Below, in pieces: positions 8,041 to 17,052 of a DNA stretch of 61,853 bases (positions are counted from its first letter, which is position 1; every line of letters begins with the position of its first letter). The DNA is taken from contig JACIYH010000004.1 of NCBI GenBank assembly GCA_014360055.1, forward strand, positions 1 through 61,853. The letters run 5' to 3'. The DNA is from Bacillota bacterium (GTDB lineage Bacteria; Bacillota; Sulfobacillia; JACIYH01). The notes beneath the pieces were generated by a model. It was given only the letters and a program-made list of their open reading frames with translations. It was not told where the DNA came from and searched no databases. Both the position numbers and the translations under genes were made by a program.

Positions 8041-9210
8041 GTGACGCAATCGGTGTCGGAGGCGGGGCCGGGGACCCCGGAAACGGTGGAGCTGCTGGCG
8101 ATCGCGGTGAAGTACAATGCGGTGCGCTGCCGGAGGCTCACCGACGGCGGCATCGTGACCTTTCGGCCGGCGGGCGGCGTGCGGGACGAAGCCGAGGGCC
8201 AGATCCTCACCGTCGTGCCCATCAAGGAATGGAGCTACATGCGGGGTCACTACTTGTCGGGCAAGGTGGTGGCCGCACGTGTGGACATGGCCGCGGTGGC
8301 AGCCCGTTTCGGGCTCCCGCCCCTTGTCCTGTACCCCGAAGGCATTTGGGATCCCCTACAAGAACACTGGCTTGCGGTGGACCTGGACGAAATCCTCGCG
8401 GAAGAGGGCGTGGCGGCGGACCTGGACGAGGTGCTCGCCGAGGAGGACGGCGCGGAAGATAACGTCCGCGAGGTGGAGGTCCCGCTGGTGGGGGGAGCCG
8501 TGCACCCCAATGGGGATCGCCGCCGCCGCGAGGATGAAGGCGGGGACGTGGGCCGGGATGAAGACGGGCGCCGGGACGGAGAGCAGAGGTGGCGGGAGGC
8601 CGTCCTGGAGGCCCTGCTCCGCCACCCGGACGTGTCTCCCTGGGAGCGCGAGATCATCCTGGCCGGCCCGCGACCGGCCTACGAAATGGAACAGGTGGTG
8701 CCGGGTGCCAACTGGGCCGAAATGATCGACCCCATCAGCGATTCGGTGGAGCTCAAGGAGGCGGGTGACTGGGAGGGTGCCCGACGCCCGCTCCACAGGT
8801 GCCTGGAGGCCGACCTGCGTTGTTTGGACGCCTACGCCCACCTGGGCAACATGTACTTCGGCGAGGGGAGGTGGTACGGGGAGGTGGAGCGGGCGCTGCA
8901 TACCTACCTAGCGGGGGTCCAGATGGGGGATCTCGCGCTGGGGCCGGACTTCCGCGGCGTGTTGCCGTGGAGCAGGATCGACAACCGTCCCTTCCTGCGC
9001 TGCCTGCACGGGCTTGGGCTGGCTCTCTGGCGGCTGGGCAGGGCGGACGAGGCCCGCGCCGTGTTCGTCCGCATGTTGTGGCTCAATCCCATGGACAACC
9101 AGGGTGCCCGCTTCCTGCTGGCCGACCTGGACGCCGGGAAGACCTACCTGGAAATGAGCGAAGAGGAAGAGCGCAGGTGGCGTCACCTGTACGGCGATCG
9201 GTCTCCCTGA
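8041..9210 (+). CDS. hypothetical protein: acidic repeat-rich middle, TPR-like helical C-terminus
   Basis: 389 aa ORF with coding-like composition. The middle is acidic (DLDEILAEEGVAADLDEVLAEEDGAED). The C-terminus looks like helical repeats (LDAYAHLGNMYF...LHGLGLALWRLGRADEARAVFVRMLWLNP). I recognise no family. Confidence 0.5.
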   Translation: MTQSVSEAGPGTPETVELLAIAVKYNAVRCRRLTDGGIVTFRPAGGVRDEAEGQILTVVPIKEWSYMRGHYLSGKVVAARVDMAAVAARFGLPPLVLYPEGIWDPLQEHWLAVDLDEILAEEGVAADLDEVLAEEDGAEDNVREVEVPLVGGAVHPNGDRRRREDEGGDVGRDEDGRRDGEQRWREAVLEALLRHPDVSPWEREIILAGPRPAYEMEQVVPGANWAEMIDPISDSVELKEAGDWEGARRPLHRCLEADLRCLDAYAHLGNMYFGEGRWYGEVERALHTYLAGVQMGDLALGPDFRGVLPWSRIDNRPFLRCLHGLGLALWRLGRADEARAVFVRMLWLNPMDNQGARFLLADLDAGKTYLEMSEEEERRWRHLYGDRSP

Positions 9211-9619
9211 CTGGCCCGGCGCGCCGGCTCGGGGCCTGAAAGATACCGGGGACTGGGGGCAGATTCAAGACCACACGATCGAAGTGGCGGATGGCCTGGT
9301 CAAGGCGCTACGCCCCCACATCCAGGGACTCACGAGCTGAGGCTTTCAGGTGGCAGGTGAAAAGTAGCAGACGGGAGCCATGGGTCGGCAGTCAGGATGA
9401 GGGGCTGGTCCGCTTTGGCCGCTTGCGTTTCGGCTTCTCATCGACAAGCACCGGCGCCAGCAGTATCGGTACGCCCAGTACTTTCTCAGACATTCCGTTA
9501 TAGTCTTCCGAGATGTGGGTGGGCTCTGGAATATCGAAGCGCACCCAGGCAGGTCGGGGATTACTGCCAGCCAGCCCCCGCCCTCGTCCTCATCGCCGCG
9601 CATGCCGGGCCCTGGGGGC

Positions 9620-11104
9620 TCAGCGCTCGTGGGCCTGCCGATCGACGATTTGGCCCGTGTAGGGATGCACGTGTACCACCAGGCGATGGGGCGGGTCTCC
9701 CATCTTGCAGAGCATGACAACCTCCCAGAGGCCCCGCGCGAAGGTCACCTGGACGTCCGGAAGCAGGTTGGCAACCGTAGAGGCGTATTCTCCGGTGGCC
9801 TTTTGCCAGCCTTCCGCGGTCTTCACGTACCACTGCCCGTTCTCCTGCTTCACCAGGTTTCGCCCCGTGTGAGCATCCCACCACCGCCCTACTTCAGGGT
9901 CCTTCAGGGCCAGGTCGCGGGCCTGGTCGGCGTTTACGAGGATGGCGCCCTCGCCGGCGATCTCGATTTCCACACTGGCCGAGACCTCCGTCGGCTCAAG
10001 TTGGGTGCCGCCCTTGGTCTCGGTGGCGGCGGTTCCCTCCGTGCCGGCAGTACACGGTGATTGCAGGTAGAACGAAGCCGTTATCCGGTACTTCCCCGGG
10101 GGCAAAGCTTCGGGAGGGTGATCCGGGGCGTCGCCTGGCAGGGATGTCCCCGGGAATACCGTCTTCCAGGCAATGCGCTGTGTAATGCTGGTTCCCGCCG
10201 CCAGGGTGCCGGTGCTCACCGCCGGCAGCCGGACGGGCGAAAGCCCCTCCTCCTCCAGGGTCATGCGCGGTACGGGCGATCCCGGATGAACCGGTTCGGC
10301 CCGTACGTATATCGCGGGGTCCCCGATGTTCCAACGCGTGAAAGCCAGTTCCCGGGAGGAGCGGTTCTCCACGCCCGCCACCACCCCGACCGTCTCCCCT
10401 TTGCGGTACAGACTCCTATCCGTATACAGGACCAGCCTGAGATCCCCGGCACTCTTCTCCGTCAGGTTCACGGGGAGGGAGGGAACCGGGATCCGCTCTG
10501 TAAGCTCGAATTTCTCCACTGCCCGGCGCAGGAAGGTGGCCGCCTCACCCAGGGTGAGATACTGCCGGGGGCGCAGGGTACCGTCGGGGAATCCCGCGAT
10601 GAGCCCGCGCTCCACGGCCACGTCTACGAGAGCCCCCTGGACGTCCGGTACTTCGGCCCAGTCCCCGAACCTGGTGGCGTGGCGCGGGGGTCCCAGGGAG
10701 GACAACTTCTCCCGGCCGTACAGGTTGAGGATCTTCATGAACGCTCCGAAGGCGTGCCCCCGTTCTATCCCTTCTTCGGTACCGAAGGCGCCGGTATAAC
10801 ACCAGAGCCAGTAGCGCAAGCTGCCCAAGACGCGGTCGTCCCCCGGCACCGCCCCGAACAGGCGGCACACCATGGAGTTCCATTCGGTCGGGGTCACGGG
10901 AGCATCATAGTTCGGTTCTTCTGCCCCCGCTGGCGCGGGAGCGCGCAGCCCGATCTCCTGGATGAAGCGGACACTCTCCTGCGCCCAGTGCCCGCCGCCA
11001 GCGTCGGGACCATCCGCTCGGCCGAGTTGCGGCCCCGCGACCGCACCCCCGAGCAACACGACGAGCACGGTGAAAACGACGAGCCCTCTGGACGGTCTGC
11101 CCAT
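9620..11104 (-). CDS. SLH-domain cell-envelope protein
   Basis: Signal/TM segment MGRPSRGLVVFTVLVVLLGGAVAG. SLH-like segments: HWAQESVRFIQEIGL and FGDWAEVPDVQGALVDVAVERGLIAGFPDGTLRPRQYLTLGEAATFL. I chose the start at ATG 11104, behind GGGAGGGA. Confidence 0.65.
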   Translation of the reverse strand: MGRPSRGLVVFTVLVVLLGGAVAGPQLGRADGPDAGGGHWAQESVRFIQEIGLRAPAPAGAEEPNYDAPVTPTEWNSMVCRLFGAVPGDDRVLGSLRYWLWCYTGAFGTEEGIERGHAFGAFMKILNLYGREKLSSLGPPRHATRFGDWAEVPDVQGALVDVAVERGLIAGFPDGTLRPRQYLTLGEAATFLRRAVEKFELTERIPVPSLPVNLTEKSAGDLRLVLYTDRSLYRKGETVGVVAGVENRSSRELAFTRWNIGDPAIYVRAEPVHPGSPVPRMTLEEEGLSPVRLPAVSTGTLAAGTSITQRIAWKTVFPGTSLPGDAPDHPPEALPPGKYRITASFYLQSPCTAGTEGTAATETKGGTQLEPTEVSASVEIEIAGEGAILVNADQARDLALKDPEVGRWWDAHTGRNLVKQENGQWYVKTAEGWQKATGEYASTVANLLPDVQVTFARGLWEVVMLCKMGDPPHRLVVHVHPYTGQIVDRQAHER

Positions 11105-11337
11105 GTGCGCGGCCACTCCCTCCCTGCGGGCTGTCCCATCAGGCCCTCCCATCAGGCCCGCCCATTGGACCACCTCGGCTGTCCCATCGGGTGGTGCTCA
11201 CAACGCCCCACCCACGATAACAGACGGCGGCGGCCTCCGGCGAGTTGCAGCAGACGCGCGGCTTCCCCGGTTGGTCCGTGACTCCTCTACCGGTTCCCGC
11301 TCGAGGATACGGTCCAGATCGACATCAATAGCCGGTC

Positions 11338-11520
11338 CGACCGCGCGGACTATACGCCACGATGTCGGGGTGGACTGCGGACTATACGCCGTGATCCGCG
11401 CCCGACCGCGGACTACACGCCATGATGTCGGGGTGGACCGTGGACTATACGCCGTGATCCGCGCCCGACCGGGGACTATACGCCGCGATCGCGGGCCCAC
11501 CGCGGACCCTACGCCCGATC
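11338..11520. repeat. six phased GGACTAYACGCC boxes (a ~63 nt higher-order unit, three copies)
   Basis: Boxes start at about 11347, 11379, 11410, 11442, 11473 and 11504. The last is degenerate (GGACCCTACGCC). Spacing is 31-32 nt. Flanks alternate between ..acgatgtcggggt.. and ..gtgatccgcgcc.. . The array lies between the MBL gene stop and the SLH gene promoter region. Confidence 0.8.
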
Positions 11521-11548
11521 GCAGTCCGGCGGGGGTGTCATTGAGTTT

Positions 11549-12379
11549 TCAGGAACGGTAGAAGCACCTCAGTAGAGAGTTGATGAGGTGGATCTTGCCG
11601 AAGTCGCCCCCGGTGAGGGAGTGCAGGGTGCTCTCCTCGCCGAGCAGCGCCTGCCTTATCTCCTCCGGCTCCCTGCCCTGTGCCCTCAGGCGGCAGGCCT
11701 CGGTGGCCAGGTGCTCCCAGAACTCGACCTTGGTCGCCAGTGCGCGCCTGCCGTCTTCCACCACGCGGCCGGACCCGCAGAAGATGGTCTTGAACTCGTA
11801 GTCCAGCAGCCGGCGCAGGGAGGCCAGGATCTGGCCGGCGTCCTCGTCGCTGCGCATGAGCTCGGTCCGTTCGGACAGGAACAGGTCGCCGGTGAACAGC
11901 CACCCCTCGTCCGGTTCCAGCAGGCAGATATGGTCGTCACTGTGGCCGGGTGTGTGGATGACCGCGTACCGGTGGCGCCCGACGGTCAGCTGGTCGGGGA
12001 TGGCCGCGGCCGCGGAGGCCGGAGGCGAACCCCAGGCGAAGTGCTGGTAGGGAAGCAGGCGTGCGATCCATGACGTCGGATCGCTGATGCGCGGCACCGC
12101 CAGCGGGTGGGCGAGGGCGGGACCGGTGCCGAACTGCTGCTGCAGGATGGCGTTGTTGCCGATGTGGTCCTCGTGGTGGTGGGTATTGACGACGGTCCTG
12201 ACGGGGTAGGGGGCGAGGGCGGCCGGTATCTCTTCTGCCACGTGAGCCGGGCCGGAATCGATCAAGAGCCCGTCCACATAGTAACAGGCCATGGTATAGA
12301 CCGGCTTCCCTCCGAACAGGCGGCCCATGGTAAACTGGGTCACCGGCCCGAACTCCCTGGTGGTTATCATGATGCGCAC
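11549..12379 (-). CDS. MBL-fold metallo-hydrolase
   Basis: HxHxDH motif (VNTHHHEDHIGN) plus a later HTPGHSDDH. Confidence 0.8.
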   Translation of the reverse strand: MRIMITTREFGPVTQFTMGRLFGGKPVYTMACYYVDGLLIDSGPAHVAEEIPAALAPYPVRTVVNTHHHEDHIGNNAILQQQFGTGPALAHPLAVPRISDPTSWIARLLPYQHFAWGSPPASAAAAIPDQLTVGRHRYAVIHTPGHSDDHICLLEPDEGWLFTGDLFLSERTELMRSDEDAGQILASLRRLLDYEFKTIFCGSGRVVEDGRRALATKVEFWEHLATEACRLRAQGREPEEIRQALLGEESTLHSLTGGDFGKIHLINSLLRCFYRS

Positions 12380-12711
12380 CCTCCTTGCGTGTACGCGGGA
12401 ACCCCGTGGAAACCAACGCGGGAACCGTGTGGCAACCGACGCGGCCGACGCAAGGCACGGCAGCCCCTGCTGGGCGGCACGAGGACTCCCTCACCGCGAT
12501 TCATTCGGCGCAGGCCGGTCCCGTCCTTCCAGCGTGTGGTTAAGCGGTGCCGGGGGACCTCGGGCGACCGGAGTTCCGTGCGAGCGAAGTTCCGTGAAGG
12601 GATGGGGCAGGGCGACGGAGAACAGGAGATGGCATACCGCCGATAGGAGGGGTCGGCGCCTCCCAGTCGGGGAGGCGGCTACACGGGGACGTCGTCTGGG
12701 GGTGTAAGGCG

Positions 12712-13248
12712 TTGCTGGTGGGAGAGAAAGTGGTGCTCAGGCCTCCCGAAATGGAGGATGTGGACACGCTCCTGCGCTGGATCAACGACCGCGAGGTGGG
12801 TCGTCACCTGATGCCCCACTTCCCCTATTCGCGCGCTCAGGAGCGCGACTGGATCGAGCGGGTCTCCCGCAGCGAGAGCGACCGCGTCTTAATCATCCAG
12901 ACCCACGAGGGCCGGCCCATCGGCGTCATGGGTTTGCACCGCATTGACCAGGTGCACCGGCAGGCCGAGCTGGGGATCTTCATCGGCGAGAAGGAATACT
13001 GGGGGCAGGGGTACGGCACGGACGCCATCCGTACCCTGCTGCGGTTCGCCTTCGACGCGATGAATTTCCACCGCATCTACCTGCGGGTCAACGCCGACAA
13101 CGTGAGGGCCCAGCGCTGCTACGAGAAGTGTGGCTTCGTGCGCGAGGGCACCCTGCGGGAGGCCGTGTTCAGGGATGGGGGCTGGCGCGACCAGCACCTC
13201 ATGGCCGTCCTGGCCGACGAATTCCGCCGGTGCTGTTCCACGTCATGA
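12712..13248 (+). CDS. GNAT family N-acetyltransferase (RimJ/RimL-like)
   Basis: Pattern VVLRPPEMEDVDTLLRW...YWGQGYGTDAIRTLLRFAF...NVRAQRCYEKCGFVREG. TTG start. Confidence 0.8.
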   Translation: MLVGEKVVLRPPEMEDVDTLLRWINDREVGRHLMPHFPYSRAQERDWIERVSRSESDRVLIIQTHEGRPIGVMGLHRIDQVHRQAELGIFIGEKEYWGQGYGTDAIRTLLRFAFDAMNFHRIYLRVNADNVRAQRCYEKCGFVREGTLREAVFRDGGWRDQHLMAVLADEFRRCCSTS

Positions 13249-13505
13249 TGAACTTCACCGGGGAGTTCTTCACCCACCCGATTGATCGCCAAGGACTACC
13301 TGCCTGGTGTGGAGCGCTCTGCTGGCCGTCGTGGCCGTGGCAGTACGGGGCCCCGAGAGACTTTCTCCCGGGCTCACACGCTGGCTTCCAGGCAAGGGGC
13401 CGGGCCCTTGACTCGCCCCACGGGCGGTGCTGTGATAATATGGTGCAAGCGCCGTTGGCGCCAGACGGGAGGTGTGTGGGGATGCGTGCGGTGGAACCAG
13501 CTGAC

Positions 13506-13691
13506 ATGGCGAACGGTGGGAAGGTCAGGACCTCGCACGTCGAAGTGGTGTTTTCCGCAGGTTGGCACCGGGAGGCGTGGCGCACCGACCTGCCGCGCGA
13601 GTGCCAGGAGTGCCAGACGTCCTGCCAGTCGGCCTGCAAGACTTCCTGCACGGTGAGCAACCAGCCCTGTCCGCTGGATGATGCCCGTTAG
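13506..13691 (+). CDS. scfA: SCIFF (six-cysteines-in-forty-five) ribosomal peptide precursor
   Basis: The C-terminus ECQECQTSCQSACKTSCTVSNQPC matches the SCIFF core as I recall it (GCGECQTSCQSACKTSCTVGNQ). It is hidden in the last third of the 13128..13691 ORF and lies directly upstream of the SPASM radical-SAM gene. The start is uncertain (ATG 13482, ATG 13506, or a later in-frame GTG). Confidence 0.8.
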   Translation: MANGGKVRTSHVEVVFSAGWHREAWRTDLPRECQECQTSCQSACKTSCTVSNQPCPLDDAR

Positions 13692-13723
13692 CCGGCCACG
13701 CCGCCGGTTGGGAATCGCTGACC

Positions 13724-15271
13724 GTGTCCGATTTGGGAGCTAGTGAGGTGGCCGGTCCGGGAGCACATAAGGTGTCCGACCCGGTAGCCCAGGGGGTCGG
13801 CCTGCGAGTCGGTGACGCCGCGGGGGGACGGCGGCATAGCCTGCCCCCCCGTGTGCACAGGTTTGAGTTACACGGGGTCAAGCTCGCCTTCGACGCGGGT
13901 AGTGGCACGCTGCTGGAACTGGACCAGGCGGCCTGGCGGGTGCTGGGCGACTATCTCGCGCAAGGGCCGGAGGCGCCCGCGCTTCGCTCCCCGATGCCGG
14001 GGATGCTGACCGCCGCCGAGGAAGAGGCCCGCCGGGAACTGGACCGCCTGCGCGAGTCGGGGGTTTTGCTTTCTCCGGTGACGCTACCGGCGCGACCGGA
14101 ACCGGTGTTGAAAGCGCTCTGCCTGCACGTCGCGCACCGTTGCCAGATGAGTTGCTCGTACTGCTTCGCTTCCGGAGGGGACTACGGCCGGGCCGCCGGG
14201 TCGGGCCTCATGAGCCCGGCCACGGCCCGGGCGGCCGTGGACTTCCTGCTGGGATCCTCCCCCCGGGTCGGGCGGTGGGCTATGGACTTCTTCGGCGGCG
14301 AGCCGCTCCTCAACTGGCCGGTGGTGAGGGAGACCATCCTTTATGCCGAGAGGCGGGCTGCCTCCTTGGGAGGGCAGGTGCGCTTCACCCTGACCACCAA
14401 CGGGCTCGCCCTGACGCCGGCACGGCTGGCGTTCCTGGACCAGCACGGGGTGGACCTGATCGTCAGTGTGGACGGGCGGCCTGCCGTCCACGACGCCGTC
14501 CGCCGGACGATCTCCGGCCGGCCCACCTGGAGCAGGGCGGTCAGGGCTGCCCGGCTGGCCACGTCCACCCGCCTGCTCGACGTGTGCGGCGGCGCCGCCG
14601 TCGGGCCCGGGGGCGGCGGACAGGACCGGTCGGGTGATGAGCGCCCCGTGCGCGGCGCGCGGGCGGGGCCCACGGTGTGGATACGCGGGACCTTCACCCG
14701 GCGCAATCTGGACTTCGCCCAGGATGCCCTCTTCCTTTTCCATCTGGGCTTCTCGCGGGTTTCCCTGGAACCGGTGTGCGGCGGCCCTCCCGACCTGGCC
14801 CTGCGGCCTGAGGACGTCCCGTACCTGGCCGGCCAGTACGAGTTGCTGGCCCGCGAGTGCGCCGCGAACGGCTTCCGGTTCTACCACTTTGAGCTGGACC
14901 CGACCGGCGGGCCCTGCCTCAGCCGCAGGATGGCTGCCTGCGGGGCGGGCAACGAGTACCTGGCGGTGACGCCGGAAGGGGACCTGTACGTGTGTCACCA
15001 GCTGGTGGGCCAGGAGGAATTCCGGGTAGGGGACGTCTGGCACGGGATCACCCGGCCGGAGGTGGGCAGAAAACTTTGGCAGCATGACGTCTCCTCGGGC
15101 CAGTGTGCCGATTGTTGGGCACGGTTTTTGTGCGGGGGTGGTTGCCGGGCGGCGGCTTTCTTCGAGCACGGGGAGGTGGGGAGGCCTCCCTCGCTGGAAT
15201 GCGCGTTGCAGAAGAAACGTTGGGAGTGCGCCCTGTGGCTCGCCGCCCGGCGCCGCGGCCGGCCCGGTTGA
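13724..15271 (+). CDS. scfB: SCIFF radical SAM/SPASM maturase
   Basis: Radical-SAM CxxxCxxC (HRCQMSCSYCFASG). C-terminal SPASM-type Cys clusters (CGAGNEYLAVTPEGDLYVCH, CADCWARFLCGGGCRA). Position next to scfA. The true start may be GTG 13853 (VHRFELHG..). It contains a Gly/Arg-rich insert. Confidence 0.8.
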   Translation: MSDLGASEVAGPGAHKVSDPVAQGVGLRVGDAAGGRRHSLPPRVHRFELHGVKLAFDAGSGTLLELDQAAWRVLGDYLAQGPEAPALRSPMPGMLTAAEEEARRELDRLRESGVLLSPVTLPARPEPVLKALCLHVAHRCQMSCSYCFASGGDYGRAAGSGLMSPATARAAVDFLLGSSPRVGRWAMDFFGGEPLLNWPVVRETILYAERRAASLGGQVRFTLTTNGLALTPARLAFLDQHGVDLIVSVDGRPAVHDAVRRTISGRPTWSRAVRAARLATSTRLLDVCGGAAVGPGGGGQDRSGDERPVRGARAGPTVWIRGTFTRRNLDFAQDALFLFHLGFSRVSLEPVCGGPPDLALRPEDVPYLAGQYELLARECAANGFRFYHFELDPTGGPCLSRRMAACGAGNEYLAVTPEGDLYVCHQLVGQEEFRVGDVWHGITRPEVGRKLWQHDVSSGQCADCWARFLCGGGCRAAAFFEHGEVGRPPSLECALQKKRWECALWLAARRRGRPG

Positions 15272-15289
15272 CCCCCCCGCCCACGGGGG

Positions 15290-15706
15290 CGGGTGGAGGC
15301 GCCCCCTGTGCGGTCGCGAACCGCCGCGCCTATCCCCGCGCGGCCCGCCTATGGGCCATGCGCCCGTCGGCGGGCTATCGGGCAGGCGGCAAAGGTACGC
15401 CAGGAGGAGGACGGGCCGCTCGGGATACTCGTGGTAGACCGCTGCGAGGACGTCCTCCACCTGCACCTCGAGGCCCAATTCTTCCCTCAATTCCCGGGCC
15501 AGGCACGTCTCGGGACTTTCGCCGGGTTCCAGTTTGCCACCGGGGAACTCCCACTGGCCCGCGAGGGGTCCCGACGCCCGGCGGGCGATGAGTACAGTGT
15601 CACCCCTGCGGACGACGCCTGCGGTGACGATCAGCGGATAACCGTCCCGGCCCACACCATGACCGTACCCGACCCCGCGATTCCCCTGCTCCCCGTGCGC
15701 GGGCAT
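15290..15706 (-). pseudogene. NUDIX (MutT-like) hydrolase, 3' end unresolved or lost
   Basis: NUDIX box GGKLEPGESPETCLARELREELGLE. After ..LLAYLCRL the frame continues as Pro/Gly/Arg filler with no stop until 14084, running antisense through scfB. The other two frames stop within about 45 nt. The lower coordinate is approximate. Confidence 0.5.
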
Positions 15707-16089
15707 GACTGCGCCCTCGCCCCCCTTCGGCTGCATCCCGTCAGCTACCCGGCACCTCCGTCCGGCCGACCCCGCCTCCTCGTTCCCCGGTGACTCGGAC
15801 CCGTCATGCTGCGTGGGACCTCCGTCCGGATGACGCCGCTTCCTGTTGCCCGGTGCCCGTCGTACCTCATGGCACCTCCGTCCGGTCTGGCCCCACTGCC
15901 TGTTTCTTCAGCAACTCCCCCATCCCCTGGTGGCCGAGAGCGATGGGAATGCGCCCACCCGGCGGCCGCAACCCGACCTCCCGTCACCATAGTGTGGGCC
16001 GATTTAGCGGTTGGTTCGCCGGTCAGGGGAGCCGGGAGGAGACGGGGTACCTGCCAGAGAAACCGAGACCCGACGAGGGGGCGAGCAGC

Positions 16090-17040
16090 ATGAGGCCGAG
16101 CACGTTTTCCATAGTGGGGTATGATCCCGTGCGGCAGGAGTGGGGCGTGGCAGTGGCCTCCAAGTTCCTGGCCGCGGGGGCGGTGGTCATGCATGCGCAG
16201 GCCGGGGCAGGGGCGGTGGCTACGCAGGCCCACGCCAATGTGAGCTACGGGCCCCGGGGGCTGGAGTTGATGGGCGGGGGTGTCCCGGCCCAAGAGACGG
16301 TGCGCCAACTGACGGGGGCCGACGAGGAACGCCACCTCCGCCAACTGGGGGTGGTCGATGCCTGCGGCCGCAGTGCCACCTTCACCGGGGAGGGGTGCAT
16401 CCCCTGGGCGGGAGGCATCGCGGGCGAGGGCTTTGCCTGCCAGGGCAACATCCTGGCGGGCGAGCAGGTGGTGCGGGCCATGGCCGACGCGTTCGTGACC
16501 GCCTCGGGTCCCCTGGCCCGGCGCCTGCACGCGGCCCTGCTGGCGGGCGACCGTGCGGGCGGCGACCGCCGCGGCAGGCAATCGGCGGGCATCCTGGTGG
16601 TACGTGCCGGAGGTGGTTATGGCGGCCTCAGCGACCGCTACATGGACCTGCGCGTGGACGACCACCCCGATCCCGTGGTGGAACTGGGGCGTCTCATCGA
16701 TTTGCACGATCTCTACTTCTTGCCCCCAGCACCCGAGGACATCCTCCCCCTCGATGAGGCGCTCATCACGGAGATCCAGCATGCTCTCGCCAGGCTCCGC
16801 TATTGGGATGGCCCGGTGGACGGGCGCTGGACGCCGGAACTGGAAGCGGCGCTGTCCACCTATGAGGGTGTGGAGAACCTGGAGGAGAGGCACCGGCGGG
16901 GACCCGAGATCGACCGTAAGGTGCTGGCTCACCTCCGTAGGCACGCGCAGCAGGCACGGGAGCGGCAGGGAGTTGCGCCCGGCGGCACCGACGCGGGCGG
17001 CCCGGGTGGCCCAGGTTGCGGGCCTACCTGGAGGACTTGA
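16090..17040 (+). CDS. DUF1028 (Ntn-hydrolase-like) protein with a peptidoglycan-binding-like C-terminus
   Basis: MRPSTFSIVGYDP..WGVAVASKFLAAG..QGNIL is typical of DUF1028. The C-terminus has YWDGPVDGRWTPELEAAL. I start it at ATG 16090; the upstream part of the tracked ORF is filler. Confidence 0.65.
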   Translation: MRPSTFSIVGYDPVRQEWGVAVASKFLAAGAVVMHAQAGAGAVATQAHANVSYGPRGLELMGGGVPAQETVRQLTGADEERHLRQLGVVDACGRSATFTGEGCIPWAGGIAGEGFACQGNILAGEQVVRAMADAFVTASGPLARRLHAALLAGDRAGGDRRGRQSAGILVVRAGGGYGGLSDRYMDLRVDDHPDPVVELGRLIDLHDLYFLPPAPEDILPLDEALITEIQHALARLRYWDGPVDGRWTPELEAALSTYEGVENLEERHRRGPEIDRKVLAHLRRHAQQARERQGVAPGGTDAGGPGGPGCGPTWRT

Positions 17041-17052
17041 GGGGGAGGGCCA

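Noticed and set aside
9440-9600. HicB-antitoxin-like fragment on the minus strand (..EDEGGGWLAVIPDLPGCAS.., then ..FDIPEPT.. in another frame).
   Set aside because: Only about 20 residues match the HicB signature. The N-terminal strands and middle section are missing, the frame is broken, and no hicA partner is visible. At best it is a remnant.
11338-11520. Tandem arrays as possible CRISPR arrays (11338-11520, 19347-19450, 22002-22131, 32259-32375, 32919-33066).
   Set aside because: The units are directly adjacent or alternate between only two flank types. There are no unique spacers of CRISPR length and no cas genes in the window.
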